A stretch of 63,107 nucleotides of DNA from Clostridia bacterium (GCA_017848335.1 JAGDAX010000052.1:1-63107); one strand, 5' to 3'; positions 9,138 through 20,356 are shown, numbered from the stretch's first letter. The notes: generated by a model from the letters alone, not told the origin. Numbers and translations are program-made.

Positions 9138-10268
9138 ATGAACATAGACGCACTCAAAGACAAATTATCTTCCATTATGGGTGACACCTTCGGTATTGTC
9201 GACGGTGCCGGTGTTCATATTTTTCCGTCCGGAAGAGAAAACGTTGCTCTTCCGCAGAATGTTGCCGCTGATTCTTTTGCCGCCGAGTCCGGCCGTCTGT
9301 TTTATTTCCGGAAGATCGACGCTGACGGTGAGGTGTGGTTTTATGACGCCGTTTCGTCTGATGATATTCATGCGGTCGAGGTGCTCAAGAAGTCGCTGAA
9401 GCTCTGCGCTGCGTTTTATTCGGAATATTATTATGCCGCCAACGCGGGGAAAAATGAGTTTTTCAGGAGCCTTTTGCTCGGAGGGCGCGACAGCGTCAGC
9501 CACGATGACTTTACGGAGTATTCCCGCAATTTGCAGAACGGAGCCGGCGAATTTACGGTCCTTCTTGTGTCCGTGGCTTCGGGCAGGGATTCGGACAGCG
9601 TGTCCTCAAATCTTGCGAACGTCTGCGACTTTCTGGAAATAGTTTTTCCGTCTGCCGAGGGCTTTGTGACTGTTAAGGTCAGAAACGATCTGGCAGCTGT
9701 GATCGTTCCGCTGGCGGATCAGGATGCATTCCGGGACGTGATGGCCACTGCATCTTCGCTCAAGAAGACCATTTCCGCGGAGCTTCTGACTGATATTGCC
9801 GTGTCTGTGGGCGCGAGGGTAAAGCAGCTGCGGTTCGTTGATTCGTCTTTCAAGACGGCTGAGCGAGCGCTTGCTATCGCCGAGAGCTTCGGGCTTTCGG
9901 ACGACGTGTTTTCCTACGACAAGCTTGGGCTCACGAGGATCATTTACGGGCAGAGGAGAGAGGTCTGCGAGGCATATCTCAAGGAGATTTTCGGAAGTGC
10001 GTTTCTCGACTATTACGCACGCAAGACCTCGGGCGACAGCAGGAATCCGGATTCGGTGAATGAGCTTATCGTGACGATCTCCACGTTCCTTGAGCTCAAC
10101 CAGAACATTTCGGAGACGTCCAAAAGGCTGTACGTTCACCGCAATACTCTGGGGTACAGGATCGAGAAGTTCAACAGAATGACCGGCCTTGACTGCACGA
10201 AATTTGAGGACGGAATGAAGATCAGCATCGGCTTTATGATCATGAAGTACCTTTCTTCGATCCAGTGA
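9138..10268 (+). CDS. PucR/CdaR-family transcriptional regulator
   Basis: C-terminal HTH FLELNQNISETSKRLYVHRNTLGYRIEK, with GGDEF-like middle region. Confidence 0.85.
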   Translation: MNIDALKDKLSSIMGDTFGIVDGAGVHIFPSGRENVALPQNVAADSFAAESGRLFYFRKIDADGEVWFYDAVSSDDIHAVEVLKKSLKLCAAFYSEYYYAANAGKNEFFRSLLLGGRDSVSHDDFTEYSRNLQNGAGEFTVLLVSVASGRDSDSVSSNLANVCDFLEIVFPSAEGFVTVKVRNDLAAVIVPLADQDAFRDVMATASSLKKTISAELLTDIAVSVGARVKQLRFVDSSFKTAERALAIAESFGLSDDVFSYDKLGLTRIIYGQRREVCEAYLKEIFGSAFLDYYARKTSGDSRNPDSVNELIVTISTFLELNQNISETSKRLYVHRNTLGYRIEKFNRMTGLDCTKFEDGMKISIGFMIMKYLSSIQ

Positions 10269-10442
10269 CGCGGAAGGGGCTTGAAGGGCACGGGGGATTT
10301 GGAATGCTTGAGACGCGTTCCGGAGATGAGGCTCCCGGTGCGGATCGTGAGGCGCTTGTCGGGCCTTCACGTGAGTGTTATAAATGCTCCTGAAGAGGCA
10401 GCACGGATCTGATTCTTTGACAGCTAAGGAGAATTATTACAA

Positions 10443-11165
10443 ATGAAAAATGACAGTGACAATTTGCTAATCAATGAGATAGAGCGGCTCAAGGGGCCTG
10501 AGATAGTATTTGAAAACGTGACCAAGGAATACCCTAACGGAGTCAGGGCGCTTGATGACGTCAGCTTCAGAGTGGCGCCGGGCGGGTTTGCTTTCCTGAT
10601 GGGCGAGTCCGGTGCAGGCAAATCCTCGCTTATTAAGCTTATGATGATGGAGGAAAAGCCTACCTCAGGCAGGATCGTCATCGGAGACGTGAACCTTGCC
10701 GACGTGGGAAGAGGAGGCATTCCGTATTTCCGCAGGGAGATCGGCGTGGTGTTCCAGGACTTCAGAATCATTCGGAGCTTCAGCGTGTATGAGAATATCG
10801 CGCTTGCCATGGAAATGCTCGGATACGACCGCAAATCCATTGACAGGCGCGTGGGTATCGTGCTTGACCTGGTGGGGCTTTCCGACAAGCGCGACGAGAT
10901 GCCGGACCATCTTTCGGGAGGCGAGCAGCAGAGGGTTGCGATCGCGCGGGCGGTCGTGAATCTGCCGGGTCTTATTATCGCGGATGAGCCGACGGGGAAC
11001 CTTGATACGCACAATTCGCTTGAGATCATGAGGCTCCTGCAGAAGATAAACAGTCTGGGGGCAACCGTTATCGTGTCGACACACGAGAAGGATATTGTCG
11101 AGGCCACGGGGCAGCGCGTGATTTCTCTGGCTCACGGCGTGAGACAGCTCTCGCAGGATTTTTGA
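10443..11165 (+). CDS. ftsE: Cell division ATP-binding protein FtsE
   Basis: Walker [43 protein letters not shown]; followed by ftsX. Confidence 0.93.
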   Translation: MKNDSDNLLINEIERLKGPEIVFENVTKEYPNGVRALDDVSFRVAPGGFAFLMGESGAGKSSLIKLMMMEEKPTSGRIVIGDVNLADVGRGGIPYFRREIGVVFQDFRIIRSFSVYENIALAMEMLGYDRKSIDRRVGIVLDLVGLSDKRDEMPDHLSGGEQQRVAIARAVVNLPGLIIADEPTGNLDTHNSLEIMRLLQKINSLGATVIVSTHEKDIVEATGQRVISLAHGVRQLSQDF

Positions 11166-11177
11166 GGAGGCCGCGTC

Positions 11178-12080
11178 ATGAAGTATTTACGAATCGCTTT
11201 ATATGAGCTCAGACAGGGCTTTCGCAATATTTTCAGAAACCTTTTTATGGTGTTTGCGTCCATATTCGTGGTGTTCGCCGTGCTGCTGGTGCTTGGACTG
11301 CTTCTTGAGGCGGGAAGCACGCTCAGGACGGTGATTGACCAGTTCAGCGACAGGGCAGAGGTTCAGATCAATTTCAACTATTACGTGACCGACGCAGAGG
11401 CCGCGGGGTACCTTGAAGCCATCGAAGCTGACGACAGGGTCAAGGCGGCAAAGCTTATTTCAAAGGCCGAGAACCTCGAGAGGATCATCGATTATTTCAA
11501 CGAGGACAAGGATCTGTTCGAGAAGTACCGCGACAGCGAGCGGCTTCAGTTCGCGACAATCGAGGTGCAGCTTAACGCATACGAGGACGGCGAATCATTC
11601 GTTGAGGAGGTCAAAGGCCTTGACGGGGTTGAGAGCGTGAAGGATATTGTGGGTACGGTCGAGAAAATGGAGCTGATCAGATTTTGGGTCAACATCGGCA
11701 CCATTATCGGGGTGATCGTGATGACGCTTCTCTCGCTGCTGCTAATTTTCAATACGGTCAAGCTGACTGTGCTGGCGAGGCGCAAGGAAATCGAGATCAT
11801 GAAATACATCGGCGCCACTGACTTTTATATCGCGCTGCCGTTCGTTATCGAGGGCGTCGTCACAGGTCTTGTGGGAGCGCTGCTGGCGTTTCTGGCTCTC
11901 GGCGGTATCTATACCGCCATCGCCAATGCCACGAAGCAGACCGCGGCTGCGGCCAACGTGGTGCTGCCTTCCTTCGGCGCTTCGGGAGCGGGATTCATTT
12001 TTATATTCTTTGTGCTGTTCGGCATTATCACCGGTCTTGCGGCCAGTGTGTGGGCCTCCAAGAGATATATGAAGGTTTGA
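11178..12080 (+). CDS. ftsX: Cell division permease FtsX
   Basis: RQGFRNIFRN N-terminus, IFNTVKLTVLARRKEIEIMKYIGATDFYIALPFVIEG signature, 4 TM. Confidence 0.92.
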   Translation: MKYLRIALYELRQGFRNIFRNLFMVFASIFVVFAVLLVLGLLLEAGSTLRTVIDQFSDRAEVQINFNYYVTDAEAAGYLEAIEADDRVKAAKLISKAENLERIIDYFNEDKDLFEKYRDSERLQFATIEVQLNAYEDGESFVEEVKGLDGVESVKDIVGTVEKMELIRFWVNIGTIIGVIVMTLLSLLLIFNTVKLTVLARRKEIEIMKYIGATDFYIALPFVIEGVVTGLVGALLAFLALGGIYTAIANATKQTAAAANVVLPSFGASGAGFIFIFFVLFGIITGLAASVWASKRYMKV

Positions 12081-12083
12081 CGT

Positions 12084-14045
12084 ATGGACGATTATAAGGA
12101 TTTCAAAACAGAGAATGACGACCGCGACGAGTGGGCGGACGAATTCTTTTCGAGCGTTCTTTCGGGCACAGGCGGCCGGAAGCCTAAGAGCGGGCTTTAC
12201 GGGCAGTTTGACGTCATTGACAGGATGGCGAAGGGTATGGCGCCCGACGATGATTCTGACGATACGCCCAAAACAGGAGTGAAGCAGGAAAAAGCTTCCG
12301 GGCAGGGCGCGGCGGGTGACGGTAACAACGGAGCCGCGCCCCTCAAGACCGCCGGACTGATCCACGATGACTCCGGCGTCAGCGAGGTACACATCAGCGA
12401 CCGCGAGGTCAATATCAACCACATCGGAGCGAGTCTGTTCGGGAATGCCGGAACAGGCGATAATTCGGGCGCGGCAGCCTCGACCGGAACTTCAGGCACA
12501 GCCGCTTCAGGCACAGCCGCTTCTGGCATGTCCGCAGGCGCGGGCACGGCAGCCGGCACAGGCTCAGAGACAGGCACCGGCACAGCCTCCAGGCCGTATA
12601 CCTCAGCGGCTTCAGCTTCCCCTGCGGCTCCGGCTTCTTACTCTTCTTCAGACACGGCGGCTTCCGGTACATCCGCTCCGGGCACGTCCGCAACACCCGG
12701 TACGTCCGCAAACCCCGTCACGTCCGCGGCACCCGGCACGTCCGCGGACCGCGGTTCATCCTCGGGTACTTACGGTGCGGATCCAGGCGCTTCGGACAAA
12801 GCGGAGAATGACGGGAAGGGCAACGGCTTGTTCACTCTTATTGCGGTGCTTGCGATAGTGCTGCTGCTTATATTGGCGGCGGTGTGCGGCTTTTTCATCG
12901 GCAAGATCGCCGGCAACGCGTCGACGGGCGAAAAAGGCTATTCGGTCGATTTTGCCTATGAGGAAGTGGACTCGAGACAGGTGGCCAAGCTTCAGACGAT
13001 CTACAGGTTTATTTGCGACAATTATTACGAGCAGGTCGATGCCGACGAGCTTTTAGAGGGTGCGGTCAGGGGGATGTCCGAGGCGCTGGGCGATCCCTAC
13101 GGCAGCTATTACAGGCCCGGCAGGATGACCGATTATACTGATTTTGTTGACGGCAGGTACAACGGCGTCGGAATTGAGATCCTGCAGCAGGACGGCCGTA
13201 TTTTTGTGACTGACGTTACGGATGACTCGCCCGCGTTCCGCGCGGGTTTTTCCGTAGGTGACGAGATTGCGGAGGTGAACGGACGCCCGGTACCGTCGAT
13301 TGGGATCGACGAGCTGAAGACGGTTTTTTCCTCCGTGGGCACTGCGTTTACGTGTCTTCTCAGGAATGAATCCGGCGACAGAACGGTGTCCTGCACACCG
13401 GAGGCCATTCTCAGGAAGACGGTCCACATGGAACGCAAGGAAGACGGCCTGGTGTATATCAAGATCGATCAGTTCATCGGCGGCACCGCGGATGAATTCA
13501 AGAACGCTCTGAAGCAGGCTTCCGAGGAGGTCGTTTCGGGTTTTATTGTAGATCTTAGGGACAACCCGGGCGGCTTCGTGAGCGAAGCGGTCATGGTTTC
13601 GGATATCATTCTGCCGGAGGGGACGGTTGCCTTCGCCAAGCAGAGGGACGGCGTGGTCGTGAGATCGTACAACTCCGACGGGAATTTTATTGACGCGCCG
13701 ATCGTGCTTCTTGTGAACGGGAGGACGGCCAGCTCGGCGGAGCTTCTTGCGGGGGCCTTCAGGGACTTCGAGGCAGGAGCTATCGTGGGCACAAAGACCT
13801 ACGGCAAGGCGCTTGCGCAGATCACTTATGAGTTTGATTTCGACGGCAGCGGCATCGTGCTTTCCGCTTACAAATATTACACGCCCTCGGGTGAATGCAT
13901 TGACGGCGCGGGAATAGATCCCACAGTCGAGATCGTGCTTCCCAAAAGTTTTGCGTCGATGAGCGTGAACGATATTCCGGAGGGCGAGGACCTTCAGTAC
14001 ATGAAGGCTGTCGAGCTCGTTATGTCGCATTACCCGGAGGGCTGA
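12084..14045 (+). CDS. ctpA: S41-family carboxyl-terminal protease with PDZ domain and long low-complexity N-terminal extension
   Basis: DLRDNPGG, VNGRTASSAE (catalytic Ser), GTKTYGKA (Lys); PDZ SPAFRAG; single TM near aa 250-275. Confidence 0.85.
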   Translation: MDDYKDFKTENDDRDEWADEFFSSVLSGTGGRKPKSGLYGQFDVIDRMAKGMAPDDDSDDTPKTGVKQEKASGQGAAGDGNNGAAPLKTAGLIHDDSGVSEVHISDREVNINHIGASLFGNAGTGDNSGAAASTGTSGTAASGTAASGMSAGAGTAAGTGSETGTGTASRPYTSAASASPAAPASYSSSDTAASGTSAPGTSATPGTSANPVTSAAPGTSADRGSSSGTYGADPGASDKAENDGKGNGLFTLIAVLAIVLLLILAAVCGFFIGKIAGNASTGEKGYSVDFAYEEVDSRQVAKLQTIYRFICDNYYEQVDADELLEGAVRGMSEALGDPYGSYYRPGRMTDYTDFVDGRYNGVGIEILQQDGRIFVTDVTDDSPAFRAGFSVGDEIAEVNGRPVPSIGIDELKTVFSSVGTAFTCLLRNESGDRTVSCTPEAILRKTVHMERKEDGLVYIKIDQFIGGTADEFKNALKQASEEVVSGFIVDLRDNPGGFVSEAVMVSDIILPEGTVAFAKQRDGVVVRSYNSDGNFIDAPIVLLVNGRTASSAELLAGAFRDFEAGAIVGTKTYGKALAQITYEFDFDGSGIVLSAYKYYTPSGECIDGAGIDPTVEIVLPKSFASMSVNDIPEGEDLQYMKAVELVMSHYPEG

Positions 14046-14048
14046 CAG

Positions 14049-14990
14049 ATGTACGAGAATCTTGCAGCCTTTTACGACAGCTTTACGGACGACCTGGACC
14101 GCGAGAAGGAGGCCCGATTTCTGGAAAATATTTTCCTGCATTTCGGGAACAGCGGACTGAGGGCGTTGGCCGCGGCAAATCTTTCGGGGAAAGCGGGAGG
14201 CAAGGGGGCTTCACGTGACGGCGCTTCTTCGGAGGGGGCTTCTTTGGATGGCCCTTCCCGTGACGGTGACGCTGCGTCTTATGGCGAAGAGCGCGGCAAT
14301 GCCGTGAACGGAGAGAATATCGACGCGTCGACACTTATTATTGACGTGGGCTGCGGCACCGGCGAGCTTTCGCTCATGATGTCAAAGCGTGGCTACGACG
14401 TCACCGGTCTTGACGTCAGCGCCGAAATGCTGGACGTTGCGATGAAAAAGGCCGAAAAGCTGGGCGAAAACGTTCTCTGGCTTTGCCAGGACATGTGCGA
14501 AATGGATACCTACGGTTCTTACGCTGCAATGTTTTGCCTCACGGACGGTGTGAATCATATTCTCGAGAAGGAGCGGCTTTGCGGATTCTTCAAAAATGCG
14601 CGCAATTTTATCGATCCGGGCGGGCTGCTGGTTTTTGATTTTCTGCCGCCGCGTTATTTCAAAAGGATTGCCCGTGAAGGCATGCTTTACGATACCCGCG
14701 AAGACGGCGCCTGCGTCTGGTGGGGCGAGTACAGGAGGGGCGTGATCGATTACGAAATCGAGTGCTTCATTGAGCAAAAAGACTCCCCGGGCGAATACGA
14801 CAGGTACCGCGACGCAGTGACCGAGCGCGGCTGGAAAAAAAGGCAGATCAAAAGGCTTCTCGGGAAGTGCGGCTTCAGGGTGCTTCAGTGCCGGCACTAC
14901 GACGAGGCAAAGCCGGACGGCGGTGAGGCTCTCGGAAATGCCGGGAACGTGAGATCCGGGCGGTATTTTGTGGTGGCGAGAAGAGGCTAG
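14049..14990 (+). CDS. Class I SAM-dependent methyltransferase
   Basis: IIDVGCGTG motif I, TGLDVSAEML, LCQDMCEMD, DGVNHI. Confidence 0.85.
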   Translation: MYENLAAFYDSFTDDLDREKEARFLENIFLHFGNSGLRALAAANLSGKAGGKGASRDGASSEGASLDGPSRDGDAASYGEERGNAVNGENIDASTLIIDVGCGTGELSLMMSKRGYDVTGLDVSAEMLDVAMKKAEKLGENVLWLCQDMCEMDTYGSYAAMFCLTDGVNHILEKERLCGFFKNARNFIDPGGLLVFDFLPPRYFKRIAREGMLYDTREDGACVWWGEYRRGVIDYEIECFIEQKDSPGEYDRYRDAVTERGWKKRQIKRLLGKCGFRVLQCRHYDEAKPDGGEALGNAGNVRSGRYFVVARRG

Positions 14991-15265
14991 AGGATAGAGG
15001 CCGGAGACCAGCGCGCGTTCCGCGCCGACTTAGTGCCAAGTGCTGAGTGCCGGGCGCCTGAAGCGCGTGCGAGCGAGTCATAAATACAAACTGAAAGCCG
15101 GAGGGCGCTTCGCACAAGTCGTGATTGACTGGCTGTGCGAAGCTCCCTCCGGCCTGTTTCCATCCGGCCTGTTTCTCTCCGGTCTTAGTACCTCCGGGTT
15201 CCTCCGGCCTGTTTGCCAGCGGCCTCTGTTCTTCAGACTGCGGAGATTATCTTCGGGTATGTCCC

Positions 15266-17983
15266 TCAGCTTCCGGCTTCTTCCGTTTCCGCCTTGATCC
15301 TGTTGCCAGAATACGTCCTTCCGTCAGTTTCGAGCGTCAGCAGCTCGCCCGTTGCGGGCAGGTAAACGCGGCCCCTTGAGACGTGGCCGTTCCACGCGGA
15401 AATGTCGATCGAGTAATCGCTGAAGCCGCACTTGACGGGCCTGATGCCCAGAATGTATTTGTAGTAAACGATGACAGGAATGGCGGACCAGCCGTGGCAG
15501 AGGGAGCCGGCGTCGTCGAAGTCGTCCGCGCCCTTGATGGTCTCCCAGAACGAAGTGGCGCCGCTGAAGAGCATTTTGCCCCAGTTCTTTTCGACGTCAT
15601 TCATGACGAGAGTGATATTGTCGGGGGAAAGGCTCATCAAGGCGTCATATTTGAATATGGAGGTGGATAGAGTGCAGGGGAGCACGGCCCTTGTGAGCTT
15701 CGGAGACGCGGTGATCGCGTTGAAGGCGCCTTCCCGGGCAGGGTCGGACAGGGCTGCAGCGCCGGATATTATCGCGAGCGCGTTCGTGTACTCGCTGTAG
15801 TCGCTCAGGGCGCCACCGACGTTGTATGAGGCGTAAATGCCTGAGTTGGCGTCGAAGAAGGTATTGTTGAAAGCAATGCGCATACCGGCGATCAGCTCCA
15901 GCAGCATTTCGGTCTGGCTGACGGCGTTTTTGTTGGCGGGCGCGATCTCGAGAAGAAGCTCCGCAAGCATGCCTGTCGCGATAATAAACAACGCGGTGAG
16001 GCAGGCGTCGGCCCCGTCCGGGGAAGGCGTGCCAAGCGTTCCGGCGAGCTCGCCGCTCCATTCGTGGAAGTTCCACCATTCGGTGCTGCCCTCCCACCGG
16101 CTGAGGCAGCCGCTCTGCGTGCGCTTTGAAAGCATTGCGCGCATTATCGTGTTGGCGGCGGGAAGCCATTCCGCAAAGAATGCGGTGTCGCCGCTGAATT
16201 TAGTATACTCGCACAGCGCGATGATCCAGTGGATCGAGAAGGAGGGGATCGTCACCGGCACCTTGGCGGGGCTGCAAAGCTCAAGAAGGCCGTCCGGCCG
16301 CAGGGATTTGCCCATGAGCCTGAGGCTTTCCGCGGCGTAAGCGTATTCGCCGAAGGCATAATAGCCGCAGAGCATCTGATTGCGGCTGTCCATCGCGTAA
16401 AGAGCCTGCTCGCGCTGGGGGCAGTCCATATAGTGCTCGTTCATGCAGAGGCGAAGCGTCCGAAGCGAGGTCTCGTAGATTGCCGTGTGAAGCGCGTCGT
16501 TGGTCTCGAACACGCCTGTATGCGCTATCTCAAGCGGGTAGTAAACGGGCACGATGCCGAGGCCGTAAATCGTAATATCGTCGCACTCGGCATAAATCTG
16601 GAGATATCTGGCGCCGATTTTGCTGAAAACGTGGGTGAAGCTTGTCTCGCCTTCGGGGACAATTACTGTGGCGGCAAAATTTCTTCCGCCCACGAAGCTC
16701 CGTGCGCGAAGGTCATCCAGATGGTCGCTGTAGCTGATATTGACGACTGTCTTGCGCCTGACCGCTATTCGCATTGAAAAATAGCCGAAGGTCTCGCGGC
16801 CGAGGTCGGCGACGGCGTAGATCCCGCGGCCTTCGCGGAGATTGCCGGTCATGGCGAGTTTGTCGGTTTTAAGGCGCACCGAGAGCTTCGGTGAATCGGA
16901 GGATCGGAATTTCCGTGAATTGTCGGGAAGCTGCTCCGGTGAAACGTCCCGGACTGCATGCTCCGGGGTGACGTTCCGTTTTTCCAGGTAATTCGAAACC
17001 GGGGAGACGTACTTGCCGCGGTTTGCCTGAGCGCCGTCGGACTGTGTGCCGTCGGCCTGCGGATCGTCTGCAGGCGTCAGCTCGTGAAGGTATTGCGACT
17101 TGAGCGCCGCGTTCTGCATATAATCCGCCGGGGTTTTTGACTTGGCGGTTCGGTACTCGCTGCCGAAATCGAAAAGGCCCTGCGCGCATATTTTCGCGCC
17201 TTCAGCGGTGCCGATGACGAGCTTTTTCATGTTTCTGCCCGTGAAGGATATATTGTCGGGCAGATCAAGCGGCCCGGAGCTTTCAAAGCCGTAAGCCAGC
17301 GCGTCGTCAGCCGTGAAGTCCGGGTCAAAGACGGGCTTTACGCCGGGAGTGCGGCAGTACAAAAACGTGAAGCCAAGCTGCCCGGTGACAAGCGGCATTT
17401 CTCCGCTCTGGTAGAAGGGGGAGAGCATGCACAGCGTGTCTTCCGAGGACGCGCAAAGCACGGCGGGGCGGCCTTCCTGCGTTATGTCCGGAAGCGAGAC
17501 CTCGAATATCAGGTGGCCGTTGCCGGTGACATACGTGGAGGTCGTGAGACCCTGCCGGTACACGGAAATCGCGAGCCTGTTATTGCCGGGCACGATGAAA
17601 TCCGTGACGTCGCATTCCTCGACGCAGATATCCGAGGGGTATTGCGGGTGCTGGCCCGTGAAGGCAAAGCCGCCGTTCACAAAGACCGCGAATTCGGAGT
17701 CCGCGCTGAGCTTAAGAACGCACCTGCTGCGGGGCTTCTGAGCTCTGCCGAAGCTGCGCGCAAAGCCAATTGAATTGCCAGCGGAATCGCCCCGGATATT
17801 GCTTTGGGACGCGCCTGTGTCCCCGGGACCGGCGGCTGAAGCGGCTGCGCGGATGTATGAATATATCTCGTCGCTGACGAAGAATTCGGTGTAAAAATCG
17901 TGGTAGGAATTGACGGCTTCGTGCGAATCGTCAGCTCTGCCTTTTGTGCTTAACGGAACAGCCTGGATAAAAGGGTTTTGCAT
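15266..17983 (-). CDS. Alpha-L-rhamnosidase-like glycoside hydrolase (GH78)
   Basis: LSADSEFAVFVNG, DLGRETFG, HYMDCPQREQALYAMD, GATSFWE and SLCHGWSA motifs; no signal peptide. Confidence 0.82.
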   Translation of the reverse strand: MQNPFIQAVPLSTKGRADDSHEAVNSYHDFYTEFFVSDEIYSYIRAAASAAGPGDTGASQSNIRGDSAGNSIGFARSFGRAQKPRSRCVLKLSADSEFAVFVNGGFAFTGQHPQYPSDICVEECDVTDFIVPGNNRLAISVYRQGLTTSTYVTGNGHLIFEVSLPDITQEGRPAVLCASSEDTLCMLSPFYQSGEMPLVTGQLGFTFLYCRTPGVKPVFDPDFTADDALAYGFESSGPLDLPDNISFTGRNMKKLVIGTAEGAKICAQGLFDFGSEYRTAKSKTPADYMQNAALKSQYLHELTPADDPQADGTQSDGAQANRGKYVSPVSNYLEKRNVTPEHAVRDVSPEQLPDNSRKFRSSDSPKLSVRLKTDKLAMTGNLREGRGIYAVADLGRETFGYFSMRIAVRRKTVVNISYSDHLDDLRARSFVGGRNFAATVIVPEGETSFTHVFSKIGARYLQIYAECDDITIYGLGIVPVYYPLEIAHTGVFETNDALHTAIYETSLRTLRLCMNEHYMDCPQREQALYAMDSRNQMLCGYYAFGEYAYAAESLRLMGKSLRPDGLLELCSPAKVPVTIPSFSIHWIIALCEYTKFSGDTAFFAEWLPAANTIMRAMLSKRTQSGCLSRWEGSTEWWNFHEWSGELAGTLGTPSPDGADACLTALFIIATGMLAELLLEIAPANKNAVSQTEMLLELIAGMRIAFNNTFFDANSGIYASYNVGGALSDYSEYTNALAIISGAAALSDPAREGAFNAITASPKLTRAVLPCTLSTSIFKYDALMSLSPDNITLVMNDVEKNWGKMLFSGATSFWETIKGADDFDDAGSLCHGWSAIPVIVYYKYILGIRPVKCGFSDYSIDISAWNGHVSRGRVYLPATGELLTLETDGRTYSGNRIKAETEEAGS

Positions 17984-18105
17984 GGACGTTACCTCCTTTT
18001 TGGGTTAGTGTAACATCCCGCGGGTCGATTTTCAACCGTTTTGTAAGCAGAGAGGTAAGCCCCGGGCCGGCCCGGACCTCGCCCCGGGCCGGGTCAAAAA
18101 AGTAT

Positions 18106-18134
18106 TTGCTTAATTATCGCGCAAAGTATATAAT
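18106..18134 (+). promoter_or_regulatory. Sigma-A promoter
   Basis: TTGCTT-N17-TATAAT upstream of 18341; a CCGGCCCGG/CCGGGCCGG hairpin lies just upstream (about 18067-18092). Confidence 0.6.
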
Positions 18135-18340
18135 ATGCGGTGCTTTATTCTTGCGGCACCGGGTGATGTTGACGCGTTGCTTGTTTCTGTGCGCAGAACG
18201 GCGGCTCTTCCTGCGGCACTTCCTGCGGCACGACTGCACGGCGGAGGCACGATTGCACGGCGACTGCACGGCGGCACTTCGGCAGTAAGGCGCAGACCGG
18301 TTCCGTAAGTTAATTTCTAGATAAAGGCGGTTGTATTAAA

Positions 18341-20128
18341 TTGGCTAAAGGTATTTACGATAAGAAGAGGCCGACACCCAAAAAGGTCTCATCCTTTGAT
18401 ACCAAGATCATTTGGATTGTTGTTATTGCAGTTGCAATCATCACCGCAGGTGTTCTGGCGGCGGTGCTTATTGACGCGGACGCAAGGTCCTTCGTGGGCA
18501 AGGTGGACGGCAAGCGCGTTCCGGCGTTTGAGTACAGGCTCTTCCTTGAATCTGCGATTTCCGAGATGAACGAGGAGGCGCGGACCTCGGAGGATTACGA
18601 TGAGGATGCCTTCTGGACTGACGAAAAGAAGCAGGAGGCCTGCGACAAGGCCATCAAGGACGCGTCGGAGTTTTACGGCGAATACAGAGTCGCTGTGAAG
18701 AACGGCTGCGACGTGACCAAAGAGGAAAAAACCAATATCAGCAACAACTTGAATTATGCGCTGAACCTCTACTATCAGGTATACGGCAACCAGTATTCCA
18801 TCGATCAGCTTGTCCAGATGGCTACGCGCGCCAACATCACCTACGAGGAGCTCGGCGACTACGAGAAATTCCTTTACAAGCAGGCCGCCATCGGCAAGTA
18901 CAGGGATAAGCTGGAGGAAGGATACAAGCTGGAAGACCTTTATTACAAGGATGAGGACGGCAACGTGAAATCCACCGGCGAGGATGCAGTGCTTGACGAG
19001 TACAATGCCAACCGTGACGATTACAGGCGTATCGACCTTACGAGCCTTGTGTTCAAGAAGGATGCCGCGCCCGTCAAGCCCACTGAGGTCAAGGAGCCCG
19101 TGAAGCCGGAGACGACCGACGAGAATTCTTCCGAGTACGTACAGTATTCCTCTGACCTCAAGAAATATCAGGAATACCTTGACGATCTCGAGAAGTATGA
19201 AGAGGATCTGAAGGCTTACAACGAAAAGAACGCCGAGACAAGGGCCAAGGTTGCCGAGATATTCGACGCTCTTGCAAAGAACGGCAAGTACACCGGCAAG
19301 GGTATCACCGAGGTCGCGACGGGCGAGAAGGATGAAGACGACAAGGACGTCACCGCGATTCCGGACTACACCGACGCCACGATCGAGGATATCGCCGCCA
19401 AGGAAGGCGCAATGTATGCCTCCGAGAAGGGGGCGAACACCTTCACCGGCGAGCCTTCATCGACTGATTTCCTTGCCAGATTCGCGCATTCGATCGAGTG
19501 GGAGGATGACAGCCGCACCGCGGTTATTTCCACGCTTGTGAAGGGCGACGACCCGGCGGAGGACGACAAGGAAGAGGATAAAGAAGCTGATAAAGAAGAG
19601 GGTAAGGAAGAGGCCAATGAGGACGCCGCTGACGAAGAGAACGGACAGCCTGCCGAAGAGCCCGCTGACGATACCTCAGAGCCTGACGCAGAGCCCGGGG
19701 ATTCCGCGGATTCCGATAAGGAGCCCGCTGACGATTCCGACGATGAGCCCGCTGACGATTCTTCCGACGAACCTGCTTACGTCAACGACTTCACGCTGGT
19801 CAGCATTACCGAAAACGGCGCCTTCAAGGAGACGGAGCTCAAGCTCTTCGAGGATGATTCGTATTTCTACATCACCAAGGTGACGGGCATTCTCGACATT
19901 TACACCAGCACCGAGGAAGCTCCCGCCGCTTCAGAGGAAACTGACGATTCCGAGGAAGCCGAAGAAGAGGCTGAGCTCAGCGTCAGGGCTACCGTACTGA
20001 ACACTCTCAAGAGCGTCAAGTCCGACGACGACGTCAAGAAAGAGGTTGCCGACGCAGGCGCCAAGTACGACATGAAGGGCGTCAAGCAGAGAGTTGTGGA
20101 TATCGTCCGCAAGAAGGTGTTCGGCTGA
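18341..20128 (+). CDS. Membrane-anchored SurA/PrsA-like foldase-type protein with acidic low-complexity insert
   Basis: N-terminal TM, VGKVDGKRVPAFEYRLFL (SurA_N-like), DEYNANRDDYRRIDL (parvulin-entry-like), EPADDS repeats. Confidence 0.55.
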   Translation: MAKGIYDKKRPTPKKVSSFDTKIIWIVVIAVAIITAGVLAAVLIDADARSFVGKVDGKRVPAFEYRLFLESAISEMNEEARTSEDYDEDAFWTDEKKQEACDKAIKDASEFYGEYRVAVKNGCDVTKEEKTNISNNLNYALNLYYQVYGNQYSIDQLVQMATRANITYEELGDYEKFLYKQAAIGKYRDKLEEGYKLEDLYYKDEDGNVKSTGEDAVLDEYNANRDDYRRIDLTSLVFKKDAAPVKPTEVKEPVKPETTDENSSEYVQYSSDLKKYQEYLDDLEKYEEDLKAYNEKNAETRAKVAEIFDALAKNGKYTGKGITEVATGEKDEDDKDVTAIPDYTDATIEDIAAKEGAMYASEKGANTFTGEPSSTDFLARFAHSIEWEDDSRTAVISTLVKGDDPAEDDKEEDKEADKEEGKEEANEDAADEENGQPAEEPADDTSEPDAEPGDSADSDKEPADDSDDEPADDSSDEPAYVNDFTLVSITENGAFKETELKLFEDDSYFYITKVTGILDIYTSTEEAPAASEETDDSEEAEEEAELSVRATVLNTLKSVKSDDDVKKEVADAGAKYDMKGVKQRVVDIVRKKVFG

Positions 20129-20202
20129 AGAAGCTGAAGAAGCTGAGAGGCTGATAAGGCTGATAAGGCGATATTGATTGCCGAATCAACTTGATTATTG
20201 AT

Positions 20203-20247
20203 CCCGCGTGCCGCCATTCATAAATTGGCTCCGGCACGCGGGTTTTT
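20203..20247 (+). terminator. Intrinsic terminator
   Basis: Perfect 11-bp stem CCCGCGTGCCG/CGGCACGCGGG followed by T5. Confidence 0.8.
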
Positions 20248-20356
20248 AGTGGATTTTTGTACCGAAGTCCGTCCGGTCTTTTCGTGACAACGTCTGCGGG
20301 CGCCGCCCGTTCGGACGGCTCGCGAATACCGCAGTGTCAAAGGGAGGATATATAAT

